From positions 48,732,001 to 48,796,000 of the forward strand of contig OZ024743.1 in NCBI GenBank assembly GCA_964016885.1: DNA of 64,000 nucleotides, in the 5' to 3' direction. Of the stretch, positions 13,506 through 27,929 are shown piece after piece. Source of the DNA: Eledone cirrhosa. Taxonomy: Eukaryota. The notes under the pieces were generated by a model. That model saw only the letters and a program-made list of their open reading frames with translations, did not search any database and had not been told where the DNA came from. Both the position numbers and the translations under genes were made by a program. Numbering within the stretch: position 1 is the first letter of the stretch; every line of letters starts with the position of its first letter.

Positions 13506-15041
13506 TGATTTTACTATAAAATCAAATAAAAGCAAGTCTGGAAATTTGATGAGGTTTCCTCTTTGTTGCCTCATCATCACAAGTTTAAACAGAGTACCAG
13601 ATTGGCAGCTAGATCTCATCCATTTATAGCTCAAGTTCCTACATGCAATCATCATCCTATTCTGGTAGTTTCCTCCTTCACACATTTCACCTATAGAATT
13701 CTCTTCTGGCTTCTTGCTTCCCTATCGACTACAATTTGCAAAAATTCAAACAACATGAATCGTCATTTTTCTCCTTGAATTATGTTCTATCTTATCTTTT
13801 TCCCTTTAAAGACCTATCATGAAAAGCAATGAGAAATGTAGTGTCTTGCTCAAGAAGATAACATACTGCATCATCACCATCATCATCATCATTTAACATC
13901 CATCTTCCACGCTAGCATGGGTTAGACTGCAGGGTCCAGGAACTGAACCCATGATTTTATGATCATGAATCCAACACCCTAATCACTAATCCACATGCCT
14001 TCATATGCACATAACTTAGAAACAAGGAGGAAAAAGAAACAGGTAAGAAAAGCAAAGGAAGATGCTAGACAATCACTACAACAAGCAAAATTAAATAAGA
14101 ACAGAAAGTAGTAAAAGGACAGTGGCACAATCAAAAAATATTATAAAAATATAAGAAAAATACATCAAGTTAAAAAAAGTTATATTCTCTCTCAAATACC
14201 TAATAATCAATGAGAATTAAAAGAGGAAAGAAAAACGTCGTTTTTTTAGGGTAATCCAGTTACAGCCAGATTTACAAAATCAATTTTATTATATTTTTGT
14301 GAAGCTGCTAAGCTTCAACAATGATTGAATTGATACAAATAAATATACATTGAAACATTTAAGAAAAACAAGATGCCGTGCAACACAAAAACAAACCAAA
14401 AATATTTTAAAAACACAAACATTGAAAGCTTTTGTTTTATAGTAAAACTAACAACGCAGCCCAAATCCCTTGATATGACCTAATTGTATTAGACTCATCA
14501 TCATCCTCATTTAAAATCCATTTATCCAGGCTGACCAATTCTCAGACCCAGTTGGGCTAAGGACCACATTTCACATACATTCCAGTTTTGGCATGGTTTC
14601 TAGAGCTGGATGCCATTCCTATCTCCCAACAGAGTATTATAAATTGGTTTGGTCTTTTGAAATATTTTTTAAACCTAAATATTTAACTGTCTGCATTTGT
14701 AAAATATAAATTTTAGTTTAAGTGGAAAAAAATAAATCAATAAGAATTATGAAAATATCAAAATGTTAAATTTTCAATGAATCTCAATCTTTTTGCATAA
14801 TAAAAATAGATAAAATGAAAACAAAGCTTTATCATTAGATATTTAAATCCAGTAGGTCAGTGCTAAATGTTTCCAGTTTTTAAATCCTTATAGATGCAAG
14901 CATGGCTGTGTGGTTAATAAGTTCACTTTATAACATGGTTCAGTCATGCTGTACGACACTTGGGACTAGTGTCAGTCAATGTCTTATAGTAGAATCTTGT
15001 AGATAGAAATTGTAGAAAGCTGTCATATATATATATATATA

Positions 15042-15480
15042 TCATCATCGTCATCGTTTAATGTCTATCTTCCACGCTAGCATGGGTTTAGACGGGAATT
15101 GTCCCACTTGAGGCAAGATTGGTCATCTCGCTCGTATGGGACTGTCTGGCAGGTTTGCTACAGCTGGATGCCCTTCCTAACACCAACCACATTTACAGTG
15201 TGGGCTGGGAGGTTTTTACCGTGTTACCTACACGGTCACATTACAGTGTAGACTGTTTTTTTGTTGTGACACCTACACGACCTCATTTATTTAGGACTGG
15301 ATGTTGTGGTACCAACATAACTTTACAGAGAAAGGGCTGGTGTTGGTGGGGGAGTTGGGGGAGTGGGAGGGGAGTGTATATTTGATTAAGAGGTGCCTAC
15401 TAACTGTAGGTTTCGCTTTGTACTTAGGCAAGGCAGGTTTTCTGTATTACTGCGTAGTGCCAAAGATCTCGGTCTAGCGA
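15042..15480 (-). mobile_element. 3' end of the same RTE family as 4205-5487
   Basis: Reverse complement aligns by eye to 4930-5485, without the internal duplication. (GAT)n tail abuts a (TA)n tract. Confidence 0.85.
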
Positions 15481-18400
15481 CGTGTGTGTGTGTGTGTGTG
15501 TTACCATCCATACCTGTCTTTATGTTTGTGTCTGGGTTGTCTTGTTTCTTAACAGTTCAACAAAAGGGTGAGGGGGGGGTTGATAAAATCATGGTAGTGC
15601 CCCAGCATGGCTGCAGTCTATTGACAGAAACTAATCAAAGAATAAAAGAATATATCTGTATAAAAGTTAATCCCATGTAAAAGTTATTACTCTATCTTTT
15701 GCTCCCAAAATTGGATATTTCCATGTGTCACATGTCAAAGTCAACCCTAGTTTTTCACAGACAACATTTGTGAATCAAGGTATTATCTTAAACATAAATG
15801 TTATGATGATGAAATTAATTTTTCTATTCTCTTATGTTCTGATGCAATGAATCTTTTTATGTATTTTGGTAGTAAGATGTGTGCTTTGATGCAGAGGAAC
15901 ATGGGTGTTATTACTACCACCGATTATTTTATATTCGTTTTTTTATTCATTCTTTTTTATTCTTCTTATTGATATAGCATGTTCGATTGTAGAGGGAATT
16001 TCAGCCCTTCAAAAGTAATACACATTTAATAGCCAACCTCATAAATTTAACCTAAAAAATAGTCTGAAAAATGTATCTTTTAGATTAGTATATATGGTAG
16101 CCTAACCCAAAGCTTGTGAACTGAAACGTTTCAAGGCTAGTATTAAATAAATACTAAAGAATGGAAAATTCACAGTAGTTACTACAGGATCTTGGTAACC
16201 TGGACAAATCTACAGAATTGTTTCTCTCATTTTTACTTGCTTTATCTATTGAAATGAAAAATGAAATTTACAGTTCACAACTATGTAGGTTTAACTGGCC
16301 TCCAACGAGGTTGTATTTCATAGGTAGTTTCTTGAGTGTTTTAATGATAGAGACTCCACTTCAATCAGTCTGGCCCAGGAATTAAACCCATTACATTATG
16401 ATTCTGAATCCAAAACCCTAACCATTAAGTCATCCACTTTCACTTTGTTTTAAAAGCTAAAGTGTTTCTCTATATTTGTTAGAGTATTCAATAGACAATC
16501 ACAGAGGTAATTCAAAATATTCTGTATACCTACATATATTTACATTTTCAACTATATTATCTATGCTATCCCAAAGAAAATGATCTTAAAAAGTCTACCC
16601 ATTTTCTTTTTCTTTCTCTCATATTTAACTAAATCTACTTTATGATAAATACTTAGCCAATAATGTCAAAAATGCCATTTTCATTAAATATACTTTTCAA
16701 GATTCCTAAAAGCTCCAATTTATTTTTTAAGAACTTATACGGGTGTGACTATTTCTATTGGTTGATCCAAAAATGAAGTAATAGCTTATAGAACACATTC
16801 TTAACAAGTTACAATGAAAAAGTTTCTATTTTTTTAAAGTGAAATCTCATAATTTCTGTCCTATGCAGAACTTGTATCAGAAAAGTGAAATTTCTGCCAA
16901 TTTATGAATGGTTACTTTTACAACTCTAACCATAACAAAAAGACAACAGCAAGACAAGCATAACAGTTTCCATGATGAGCATTCAGTCGTGCAATTAACT
17001 GAATGGCTGGCTTGTGAATTAAAGAAGATTATGTTCGATTGAGTTGTGCATGAGAGGAGATGACACTAGTACAGACACATAATGGATACAGATGATTATC
17101 TCATTGGGTGAAGAAGTACCACGATTTCCAAGTGGAAGGAATCTGTGGAAGAGAATGAACAAGAAAGACTTGGGCAGCAATAATGAAAGCTGATCCTAGG
17201 ATTCTGAACCTTACAAAGGAGATGACAAAGGAAACAAACAAGTGGCGAGACAATGTACTGGAAAGCACTTGAACCTAACGATGATGATGAACAGTTGTAT
17301 CTCAAATGTTATATTGAGGAGGGTTTGTGGCTGTTTTCAGAGGCTCCCTCTTTTGAACTTTTTGTTGCTGTTTTTTTTAACCTTCGATCAAAGTAAATCA
17401 ATCAGTACAAATAATGATTATTTAATATACTATTAAGCCAGTGCCATCGTTAATGACGGCAATAGCATTAATTGTATTTAATTTTTGGAGTCCAGTATTG
17501 GTATGTCATATATATTAGGATTACCAGATATATGAACAATAAATCATACAAATTTTGTTTATCTAATGGTTTGCATAAAAGAAACCTTATAGGTTATGTT
17601 GATTACTCACATGTGGAAGTGATTAAAGATCATATTTTAATAATTTATTTCTAGGATATATGTATACATGATATAGAGGATTACATATATGAGTAACTTT
17701 AGAGAAATAACTATTCAAAGGGGCAAATATAGGGTTAGAATCCAGGACCTTGTGATTGGAAAGCAAGTTTATTGTAGCAACATATCTGAAATTGGAAATG
17801 CATTGTGTGTATGTGTGTGCATATGCTTGGTGTGTAAATTTTAAAGAGTTACAAACTGATATATATAAATATACAAAGACACACAGCATATTATTATGGT
17901 TGAAAGTAGATAACTTGTAAATTATACTTTGATAGTAGTGCAAGAAACTACACCCCCTCATAATTTTCATCAAAACTGTCTGATGCAGCCATGTGGCCTG
18001 TAATAAGCTATATTTTGTAATCAATGTAAAAAAAAAAAAATAAATGAATATTTTTTTTTTTAAATGGGTGACATCAATATTGAAGATGTTCTTACATTTG
18101 CCTTAATACACTCACTTGTTGCAAGAACTGTTGATTATTATAAGAGCTCTGAAACCTAATAAATGTTAAGAGTAGACAGCTTGCTGAGATAAGGGAAAGG
18201 ATGACAAACAAGTGGATTGCAAAATAGTTGTCAAATGCTGAAAACTTGCACAAGGAGCAATAGATATAAATTACATCAAATTGGATAAAAGCTTGTAGAA
18301 TGGATCATCTTCATCATAACTAGATTGCTAAATTGATCCACTTATATTCTATTCATTGTAATACAGTCTGTGCAGAATTTTCTTTTTTAAATAGCATAGT

Positions 18401-19339
18401 ACCCATAAAAAATGACAGTGTTTATTTGAATATTCAATAGATTATGCAAACAGGTATGAAAAAGTAAGTTAGTGACATTAGCTTATATAGAGAGAGATAA
18501 GCTGATGGTGGATGAGTAATTAATAATAGAAAGGGGGTGGGGACATAGATGTCAATGTATGGGTGTAACTCTATTAGTAGGGTGAACTCAATTGCCTAAT
18601 TGTTTTTACTCATATATGTCGCAAACTCTGCCTATCTTATGCTTTCATACACTATTTGTCTAATATATTCCCTATCTGACAATCTACCCATTACAAAAAG
18701 GGCCTTCAGCATTCCGCAGACATATACCTTTACATACTTCTTAAAGAAATTCAGCATGACTCAGTGTTTGTCAAGGCTAGCCTTTTGAATTACAGGTGCA
18801 GTCAATTCAGTGAACTTCCAAAAAGTTTGCGTCTCCCCCATTTTACTCAGAGGTGGATTGACCAAGACACTTGCCAAAAATATCATGCAGTGGGATCAAA
18901 CTTAGAGCCTTGTGATTGTGAAGCAAATTTCTTAACCATTCAGTAATCCTACATCTATACATAACACTCATTATCTACATATTTACGTATCACAAGCCTC
19001 ACTAATAATATATCACACTATCTAGCTTACTTTATATTTAAGTATATCTTAATAACTACAACTGTGCCAGTCAACAATTGACAATCTTCCTTCAAGTTTG
19101 TACTTCTAAAATACAATACTAGAACAAAGGTTAATTTCACTTAACCACCAGATTTATTTAGTATAAGGGCTAATGTGTGTGTGTGTGGTGTGTGGTGTGT
19201 GCGCGCGCTTGCATAGATGTTCTTATATCATTTTGATTATTATAAAATTGTGCTAAATTCTGAGAAAAATGTTAAGATAAGATTGCATACATGATTTGAT
19301 TTTAAATACATACTTCAATTTTTAAAGATGCACCCAGTA

Positions 19340-19735
19340 TATTCAAAGTGGTTGGTGATAGGAAGGGCATCCAGCCAGAGAAAGCTTGCTAAACAAAGGG
19401 CTCAGAGGACCCTTAGTTGTGTCAAAGACATGACATGACAACCTCCAGTGTTGTTGACCTACACGATAAACACACCCAGTACATGCTGTAAAGTGGTTGA
19501 TGATAAAAAGGGCATTCAGCCATAGAAAGCTTGCCAAACAAAGGGTTGGGAGGGCCCTTAGTTGTGTCAAAGACATGACAACCTCTCCTGTGCACTCGGT
19601 GGTAGAACATGAGGCTGTACATAAACAAGATGCAGATCCCTGATCTGTCTGGGAGATCAGTAGCCCTGCTTCAATACTGACTTGATATATGTAGATCTGG
19701 TCAACCCTTGCTTCCAGGGAAAGCAGATGTTAAAA
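19340..19735 (+). mobile_element. RTE 3'-UTR-related repeat with internal duplication
   Basis: gtggttggtgataggaagggcatccagcc motif present twice and shared with the 3' UTR at 5330-5365. Confidence 0.55.
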
Positions 19736-20019
19736 TAATTTTCTACTTTTGGCCCAAGGCCAGCAATTACTCAGTGTATTACTGGTACTTTATTTTATCG
19801 ACCCCGTAAGCAGATGTTAAAATAATGATGATGAGGAATAGAGCATATTCCCAAAATTATGTATTCCTTTTATGCAAGTATTTTTTCAGGAACACAACAC
19901 ACATAAATTGAATACTTTCTTGTATTGCAAGCCAGCAAGAGCTTTTAAGTGGTCATTCGACATGCTAGAGATCACAGCCAAATTTCCCTCAACACCCTTC
20001 TTTGCCCACTTATTCCTGG

Positions 20020-20440
20020 GTGGGCTGTGGGGACAGAGTCCTCAAGCACACCTTTCAGTGGGTCTTGTAAAAACAACCACCTCCAACTGATCCAGCTGTA
20101 TCCCCAAGTGAGACCAGCCAAGTTCATGGATGTTATCCAACCATCTGGCTAGAGATCTACTGCTGGGTATCCTGCTAGTTGGTTTTGCCCATAAAATTTG
20201 TCCAGCAATTCTTTCCTTAGACATTCTAACCACAGTATCAGAGCTGTGATCTCTTAATTAAGAGAAGTAGCGGCTCTATCTGGAGCAACTCTCTGATCTC
20301 TGAGCTGCACACACTATCAAGTAATGTTACTCCAAAGACACATCAGAGGAATCCCATTTCGTCTGCTTGTATTTGTGATCATATTCTTTTGATCATTAGC
20401 CAAGATTCATCACCATATGTAAGGGTTGGCACAAATACCT
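20020..20440 (-). mobile_element. RTE-like LINE 3' fragment
   Basis: VFVPTLTYGDESW and RMSKERIAGQIL...RWLDNI motifs; same family as 39685-40050. Confidence 0.75.
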
Positions 20441-21646
20441 TCCTTTGCCTGATTACCGAATGCCGAAGATTATATATAATCTTCAAACAATGCCCTAAAA
20501 AAAAGTCCACATTGAACAATGTAGTCAGAGGCACACTGTCTAGAAAAAGAAATGGAGTGGTAACGCTTGGAATGCCTTTGATAATATATCTGCTCAATCA
20601 TGGCCATTCGTAGAAGAGGCTACATGATAACATCTTGTATTGAAATAATAAACAGATTTAGAGAGATTGCAAGGACAATAAGTGAGAGATAAAAAAATGA
20701 ACTATTCCCCTTCAATCGCATCAAAATACTACAAGATGAATCTTTTAAGAGTTGCATCTACTTTTTTTGATAAATATAACAAAAACATTAACATGATTAG
20801 TTAGCTTGAAGTGTTGATTGTAATACAAAGACCATAGAGAAATTTTGGCCGATTCCTCACTATGACAGTGATGCCTTACATAGAAAATAAAATCTTGTTC
20901 TGACCTACATTTCAAGGATTTCGTTACTTAGATAAATCTCAATAGCTAATTTATCTTAGCTGTATTAATGAAAGTTTCTCAAATAGAATTTTTTAAATAC
21001 CTTCCTTATAAAGCCGCCGTTAATATTCATCCAAAAACAGTGATGAAACTCATATCATACCCAAAACAAAATCGGGAGGCCATAGAGAAACGAAAATAAA
21101 GACCTCCCGCCCCCTTCCAATACACAAACAAATACCCATGCACTAAAAAGGGGAAAACCTGAACGAATTTTCAACATTGATTAAATAAAAACAATGTCAA
21201 GTAAATTGTTGAGCAAATACCAACAAAATTCAGGAGAATGAAGGTCTTACACATCAAAAAACTATTTATACGCATACACCCTTTGTTTTGCATTCTTTAT
21301 ATATTGAGTTATTTAGTATATTGAGTTATTTAGTAAACCTCAACATTTTAAAATAACTTTAGCAAATTTTTGCCACAAGTTGACTGAAGAGAAGAGACTA
21401 GGTTTTTTTGTTGTTATTTTCCGTCCGCCCTATATATATATACACTAATTAAGAAAATCGGTATATATAAGGGGTTGCTTAATATAGAAGCAAATATTAA
21501 GTGACATACTTCTTAAAGATTGCTTTGATAAAGCTACAAAATACCACATGGTAGGTAGTTCTTCATGCAGATCTATATAACTATCGACCTCTACTCCTTA
21601 AATTTACTGAATGTGAACTTCCCAAACAAACAGACCCAATACTCAC

Positions 21647-21700
21647 CTCTCATACTATTAAACGCCCACCCTGATACCGTTCCAAGGGGACTTCTTCAAT
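21647..21700 (-). other. Candidate 54-nt exon in the PPP2R5 intron ending ATG AGA G|GTGAGT
   Basis: Acceptor ttttaactcattttgtccag| and consensus donor GAG|GTGAGT. ATG at 21653 is in phase-1 register. Adjacent to a CpG-richer segment. Confidence 0.45.
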
Positions 21701-24700
21701 CTGGACAAAATGAGTTAAAATCTCTATAAAGCAGTCTTTTATTGTTTCGAATGTGTTATTAGATCATTTTAAGTTATGCACTCGAACCACGCACTATATA
21801 CCAAGCAATAAAATGAAACGTGAGATAGTACGCGGTTGTTCGACCTGCGAACTCTCATAGTGTATCTGGATGATGTGGTTGTGGGTGCTTGAAAAAAAAA
21901 TATAGCTAAAATGCTTTAGCTCAACCAGACCTGACTTGGGCTGAATAACATAAAACGGTATCTCATAACTGAGTACATACATTAAACCATGGATCCCTAA
22001 ACCTTTAAGACTATCGACTTTCGCAGAATCCATGAACCCTCATTGACCACTAGCGTGTAGAAAACTAAAAAAGTATATAAATAAACTAGAAAACTGAATG
22101 CAAAATAAACAATAAAGACTAATTAATACCTAAAATATAAACGAAGTCAGGGGTAGGGGAAGTGGAGTAATTATACATTAGAAACTTGTATAAGCAAGTT
22201 GTATTTCATTTTAATTTCTTATACAAATGTCAGGTTTTGGTCCAAAAGTTCAATCAACCATCTACGTAGTCTCATTGACCACAATGAGGACACCTGCACT
22301 AAGCAATAACGTTAAAACAAAACAATTTTAATATAATCACAATTCAAATAGACTAGCGGTGCTATGTAGTAGAATGTTGTTTAGCCCCACCCAAGTCAAC
22401 CCCGAGAACTATATAGTCAAAGATCTTCGAGCCGTCCTATTTTTAGAGTTTATCTATGACTACATTAGATGATAGGGTGTGATTTGAAGGAAATTTAACT
22501 CATATTTAACATGCAGAAAGACCACACCTTTTATAAAAGTCATTCAGAATGTTTATAAAAAGTTAGATATTCTACCTTCAAACAAATATTATAAACGAGC
22601 ACAAGCCGTCAGGTTTTTAAAGAACTGTGCGTGAGCAGGGCATGCGAAATAATTCAGTAAATCAGACGAAATCTATTTATCAAAGATATCCTATTTTTTC
22701 ATATTCCAAACTATAATACACACACACATTGTATATGTGTGTGTGTGTGTGATATACAAACAAAATCCAACTGGTTACTGATCCCCACCGAAAACAAATC
22801 ATCGAAATGTGAGAAACAATTTACAATTCCATTAATTACAAAAGCTATAACGTGCTGGTCTGTTAACATATACATTAATGAAGTGTTAAACATTATCATA
22901 GCTTCAAGTGGCGTGATTTTAAAAGACAAAATAAGGTTTTTAAAAAAAAAGACGTGCGAGGCGTAATTAAAGTAACCTTTTATTAGTCATTACGCTCAGG
23001 TAAATACCTATAAATTACATTAAGCGAAATATCATGAACATTATATGACACCATTGAGGGCTAACATTAACGAACTAAGCAGAGAGAAACCATCTCTGCG
23101 TTTGTTCGGACTACTAGAAACAGCAGCCAGCCAAATTTCACTCAAAATCACACCCTAATATCTTAAAATCAATATACTATATCATTGTCACAACCACCCA
23201 GTAATGTGATGATCAATTTGAAATGTCTTTAACTATAAATTAGTCAGAGCTGATTTAGGCTAAACAGCATGCGGCCATACCTACAGAAAAAAAAAATGAA
23301 GAACTCAATACTGTTAGCTAATGAAACCACCGTGAATTGAAGTGTTGCCACTGCCTACAACATAGTGTGTCGCCTATTTGGAGCTATTTTATCTGGATGG
23401 GCTGGGCAGTTGAAGAAATTAGTGTTTTGTGGGCATTGCGCAGCAGTAAAAACTCTTCGGATGGTTATTTCACAATGTAGACTTCACTATCGACTACGGA
23501 AATTCTCCACCACAGTATTCCAGTAGAGATCTATGTTGTCAGTATTCATTCTATTAAGAGATATAAATCTTGTTAAGCTCGTCCACCATCAAATTTTAGT
23601 TGCAGATAAAAAGCCATTTTTCTTCACATACGCCACTGTTGCCAATTGAAAATGCATTAACATCACAACATATTGATAGTCTTTTACTTCTGTATGGTTA
23701 TCATAACTTATTTTTCTGTTACTTCCGCCGTTTCATGAGTCGGTTTTGTGTGTATAAAACAAATCTATTTGTACATTGTTTAATTATACCCACATCACTG
23801 AACGACGACGGAAGTAAAGAGCAATAACTCCTGTTGGAAAGCTCGTCTAAAATACCATTGGATACGTAAAAGAACACGTGCCTGACATGTTATTACCCCT
23901 ACCCCCTTGTAAATCCATGGTGACACAACCGTTAAAAAACAAACTAGATTAATGTCTCCAGAATAGATTTCTGAGATTTATTTACCTTTATCAACAGTAT
24001 AAGCGACGCGAACAAACTGGAATGGTTACAACCCAAAAATCTAAACCAGGTCAGAAATGTATTCCTGTTGCCTTTGAATGCATGTACAGAGAAGCGGGGG
24101 AGGGGATAGCGTGTTAAAATATAGTTAGGTACTGCATAACAGTACAACCTTTCGTCAGCCGAATATATAGTTCGCGATGACTACTATAGGGCTATATTTG
24201 CTGGTATGTAGATGTTACATTCGAGAACCAAAATACCTATAATCGACAGGGAGAAATACAAAACTTCTCAATTTTTAATTTTCGTGTTCACTGCTAAACC
24301 TCAAAACTATAATAATCTTAGGCCTATTTAACAGTGCCTAAGCAGCTCATAAAGCCGATCATATGATTACTGTTACGTTTCTTAATGGGATCCATTTCAT
24401 TTCAGACATAAATCGTGGAAATCATCAACGTCACTAATACACATAAACATATCAAAAAGCATGTACCAATAATACCTTGACAACTTTAACACACGCCTCT
24501 CGAAAGTGTCTATCCGCCACTAACCAAGCATCGTTAGCATAGATATACAATACTTTAAGAGACACGTGAACATCATATCTTATCTACATCCCCTCCTCAA
24601 TAAATCTGAGGCTTTTACATAAGAAATTATATAGGTATGCTGCCGAGAGCTGAGTGCGCAACATAGATTCCATTCTTGGTTAGAATCAGTTCATTATAGA

Positions 24701-26311
24701 GACTTAACTACTAGTGTTCAAATCCAATGGTAAGTTAGCTTAGCCGCATGTCCCATCGGCATCGAGTCCATGGAATAAGATATATACCACTGAAGACTGA
24801 AATAACTATTGTTTTTGCACTTAGAAGTATATTTCTCTGAAAGGCGCTTTTCCGCTTGGTCGAAAGAAACTGCTTTTATAGATTACTGACAAAATACAAA
24901 GAACATGGGTGAGGCTGACATATTTCAGATGTTAAAGAACCAAACAGGTTCTTGGTTATATTACGAGAAATAAAAAAAATATCTTTATAGCTTCATCAGT
25001 TTCTACCCCCTCCCCCCCAAAAACTCTAATGTTGCAAACATCCAAGAATCGCATACCAGCCATCCCACAAACATTTCGTAAACCCAATATACTGAGAGAG
25101 AGGGAGAGAGACAGAGATTGCATTAAGAGGTGAAGGAAGAGATTTGTTTATTATTAGTAGTAGTTGTAGTATTATTATGGTGACAGTAGAGGCGGCCGAA
25201 ACAGTAAAATATAAGATATCATGCTTTACTTTATCTTGTTAAATTCAAATTCCACTCGTCCATCTCCAAGATCAACAAAATAATATACCCATAATTAATG
25301 TACTGGTATTCAACTGACTTATTTTACTGCCTTCTTTACCAAACTAGCTACAAATCCAATTGAGAAAAATCATTATCATGGTTGGTTAGTAAGTGTGCGG
25401 GTGTGCATATCGGGCACTGTAGTGTAACGGCAGATTCTTGACGACCTGGTTTCCATTACCGATTGAAATTGCTTCATTTCACTTACGTTGCTAATGCCCT
25501 TGAAAAAAAACCAATGAACATCACCTCCCACAATCACATACGCCTATATAGGAAAACTATTATTATTATCATCATCATGTTTCATCTATTTTCTCCCTCC
25601 ATATTATCGCCCTGTTCATACTCCAAAATACTCAACAGCTGCTTACCACCTCATGAACATTTTGTTACTACACACAAGCCAACAACTTGACAGTAAATTC
25701 TCCCTTGTCTGTGCTTTCTCTAGTTAAATATTTAAATAACACACACAACACATACTCTATAAATGCATATAAACATCGAGATTGAAAAGTAGGTCGTTGT
25801 CTAAAGTTGTGTGTGTGTATGTGACTAATATATATATATATATATATGTATGTATATGTATATATATTTGTCTGTGAGTAATCTGTGCTTGTACATAAAC
25901 GGAGACAAAAGTGACAGTTCGATTTTAATCGAATAAATCAAATGAAAGTGATATTTATAATTTTGCCTAACACAATATTTATCTGCTCTTCGGGCACATA
26001 CCTTTATATTCATCCATTATTCTACACACACACGTACCTAAATGTTTTATTCCTAGGTTAATATATCTCTAGTACTTAAAGATTTTAGTAAGTGTAAAGC
26101 AAAAATACTTGACTTCAAAATAAGATAGTTTACATATGATGCGTGAACATCCCCGCCATAAATCGTTTATTCCTTAAAAAGAACTATTTGATTTAATTTA
26201 TTTTTACATCATTTTACTATTATTGCAATGAATATACACATCATATATGTGTGTGTGTGTGTATTTAGCTTAGGTCTTCTTTGAAGTTATAACAACTCCC
26301 TTAATTCGGGA

Positions 26312-26344
<33 letters not shown>

Positions 26345-26733
26345 CACACACACACACATATATATATATTTATATATAGTATAAATTAACGAGTTTAAGG
26401 GATAAAAAGGAAAGAATGGAAAATACAGTGAATATAAACAGCAGGCAGAATTTGATAAACGATTGTAAAGAATGGAAGAGGAACAAAACAATATGGTAGA
26501 AAGTAAAGAAAACCCGAAGAGAGCTGATATATTTTTATATACGTATGTACATATATATATATGTGTGTGTGTATGTATATATGTTTGTATGTATATATAT
26601 ATGTGTGTGTGTATATATATATGTGTGTGCATGTATATATATATGTGTGTGTTTGTATATATATATAGATATAATGCAATAATTGGCAGTGGTAGAATGT
26701 ACATATATCGTATAAATAAAAAGAAATTCTTAC

Positions 26734-26875
26734 CCTTCAGCTGAGGTAAAGCTTGCAATTCGGGGGCATTCTTAGTTCTGTAATGAGACGATCCCTGAGA
26801 CCGCTTCTGCCTTTTCGATTTGATGGTCGCTTTACTCGTGAATGGGTCGATCATGTCCAGGACTTTTGAGGTCAT
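26734..26875 (-). CDS. PPP2R5E: First coding exon of PP2A regulatory subunit B56 (PPP2R5 alpha/epsilon class, widerborst-like)
   Basis: gccATG, then MTSKVLDMIDPFTSKATIKSKRQKRSQGSSHYRTKNAPELQALPQLK and phase-1 donor AAGG|GTAAGA. Matches the B56 N-terminus pattern (IDPF...KRSQ.SS.(Y/F)R...EL..LP.LK). Downstream conserved exons were not found in the window. The paralogue symbol is approximate. Confidence 0.9.
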
Positions 26876-27480
26876 GGCTTTAAACAATCTCTACGTGTTT
26901 GTGTTTTTTATCTATTGTTGTTGTTTTTTTAATTACTAGAACACGCTAAGGTCCGACCGACCATAAGAAACAAAATATTTCTCGGTTCTTACATAGGAGG
27001 GACCTTACTAAACTTATAATAATAATAGCATGGCCTCCACCAAGAGGCCAAACACATCCTTAGATGGTAAATTGGTAGGTAGGTATATTGCAGATATGTT
27101 AGAAAGATGATATAAAATGATTTATCCGTGTAAGAAATAATTTGTAAGGCTCGACCCGCTTAATTTTAAAACTCACCTAGACGCTCCGTAATATAGAATA
27201 TAACGCATTAATATTTCCATCCGGCTTTTACAACATAATTCGGGAATATTCCAATGATTAACGATAATAATGAGTCGAAGAGGAGGCAAATGTATAAGAA
27301 AGACAAATATTTAAAAAAATTACGGGCTTTTACGACTGGGAAGGGGGTTCTTTTCACCACGGGTTTGCAAAGCGTCCAGTTTTTTCGTATCGTCCTTGAA
27401 ACTCTCGCAAAAGATCGTTATCGAACGAGATATGACGAGACTTGCGACTGGTTAGACCTAATTTGTTAACGCGTTATGTT
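26876..27480 (-). promoter_or_regulatory. Probable 5' UTR and promoter of the PPP2R5 gene, with a possible short UTR intron (27059-27176)
   Basis: CpG-rich unique sequence upstream of the ATG; donor CTAG|GTGAGT at 27177/27176 and possible acceptor catctaag| at 27059. Confidence 0.4.
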
Positions 27481-27603
27481 ACACAATCTCAGCTTATGGA
27501 TGCTAATAAGCACTTGCATACAGTATGGAATGTTAATGTATGTGTGTATATATCTATACACACATACATATATATGTGTGTACACACATACATATATATA
27601 TAT

Positions 27604-27655
<52 letters not shown>

Positions 27656-27929
27656 ACACACACACACACATATATGTGTGTGTTACGCATACATACATGC
27701 ATACTATAATAATATATGGGGTTTTGTAGGATGAGAAATAGTTATAAATGGACCAAAGCGCATATAGTGATTTGTTCTTTTAATAATTATTCGGGGATCG
27801 AAAGGCAGTACCCACGACTCTTTTCAAGGTAGCTGAGACAAGTGGGGGGGGGGGGTCTCTTCACGCCGTTCATTTAGCCCGAATACTTGGACTCCGAAAA
27901 AGGCACCCAAGGTGTTAAACTGGACGACG

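Noticed and set aside
13389-13685. PPP2R5 exon 2 (LLFDF motif)
   Set aside because: Lacks the expected ELF..KL.QC context and overlaps a SINE.
24787-24812. CTGAAGA-CT-GAAA hammerhead-like string
   Set aside because: No stem II and weak stems I and III.
26270-26733. Remainder of the 205-aa ORF and other YIYI/CVCV ORFs
   Set aside because: Read-through past the GT donor into microsatellites.
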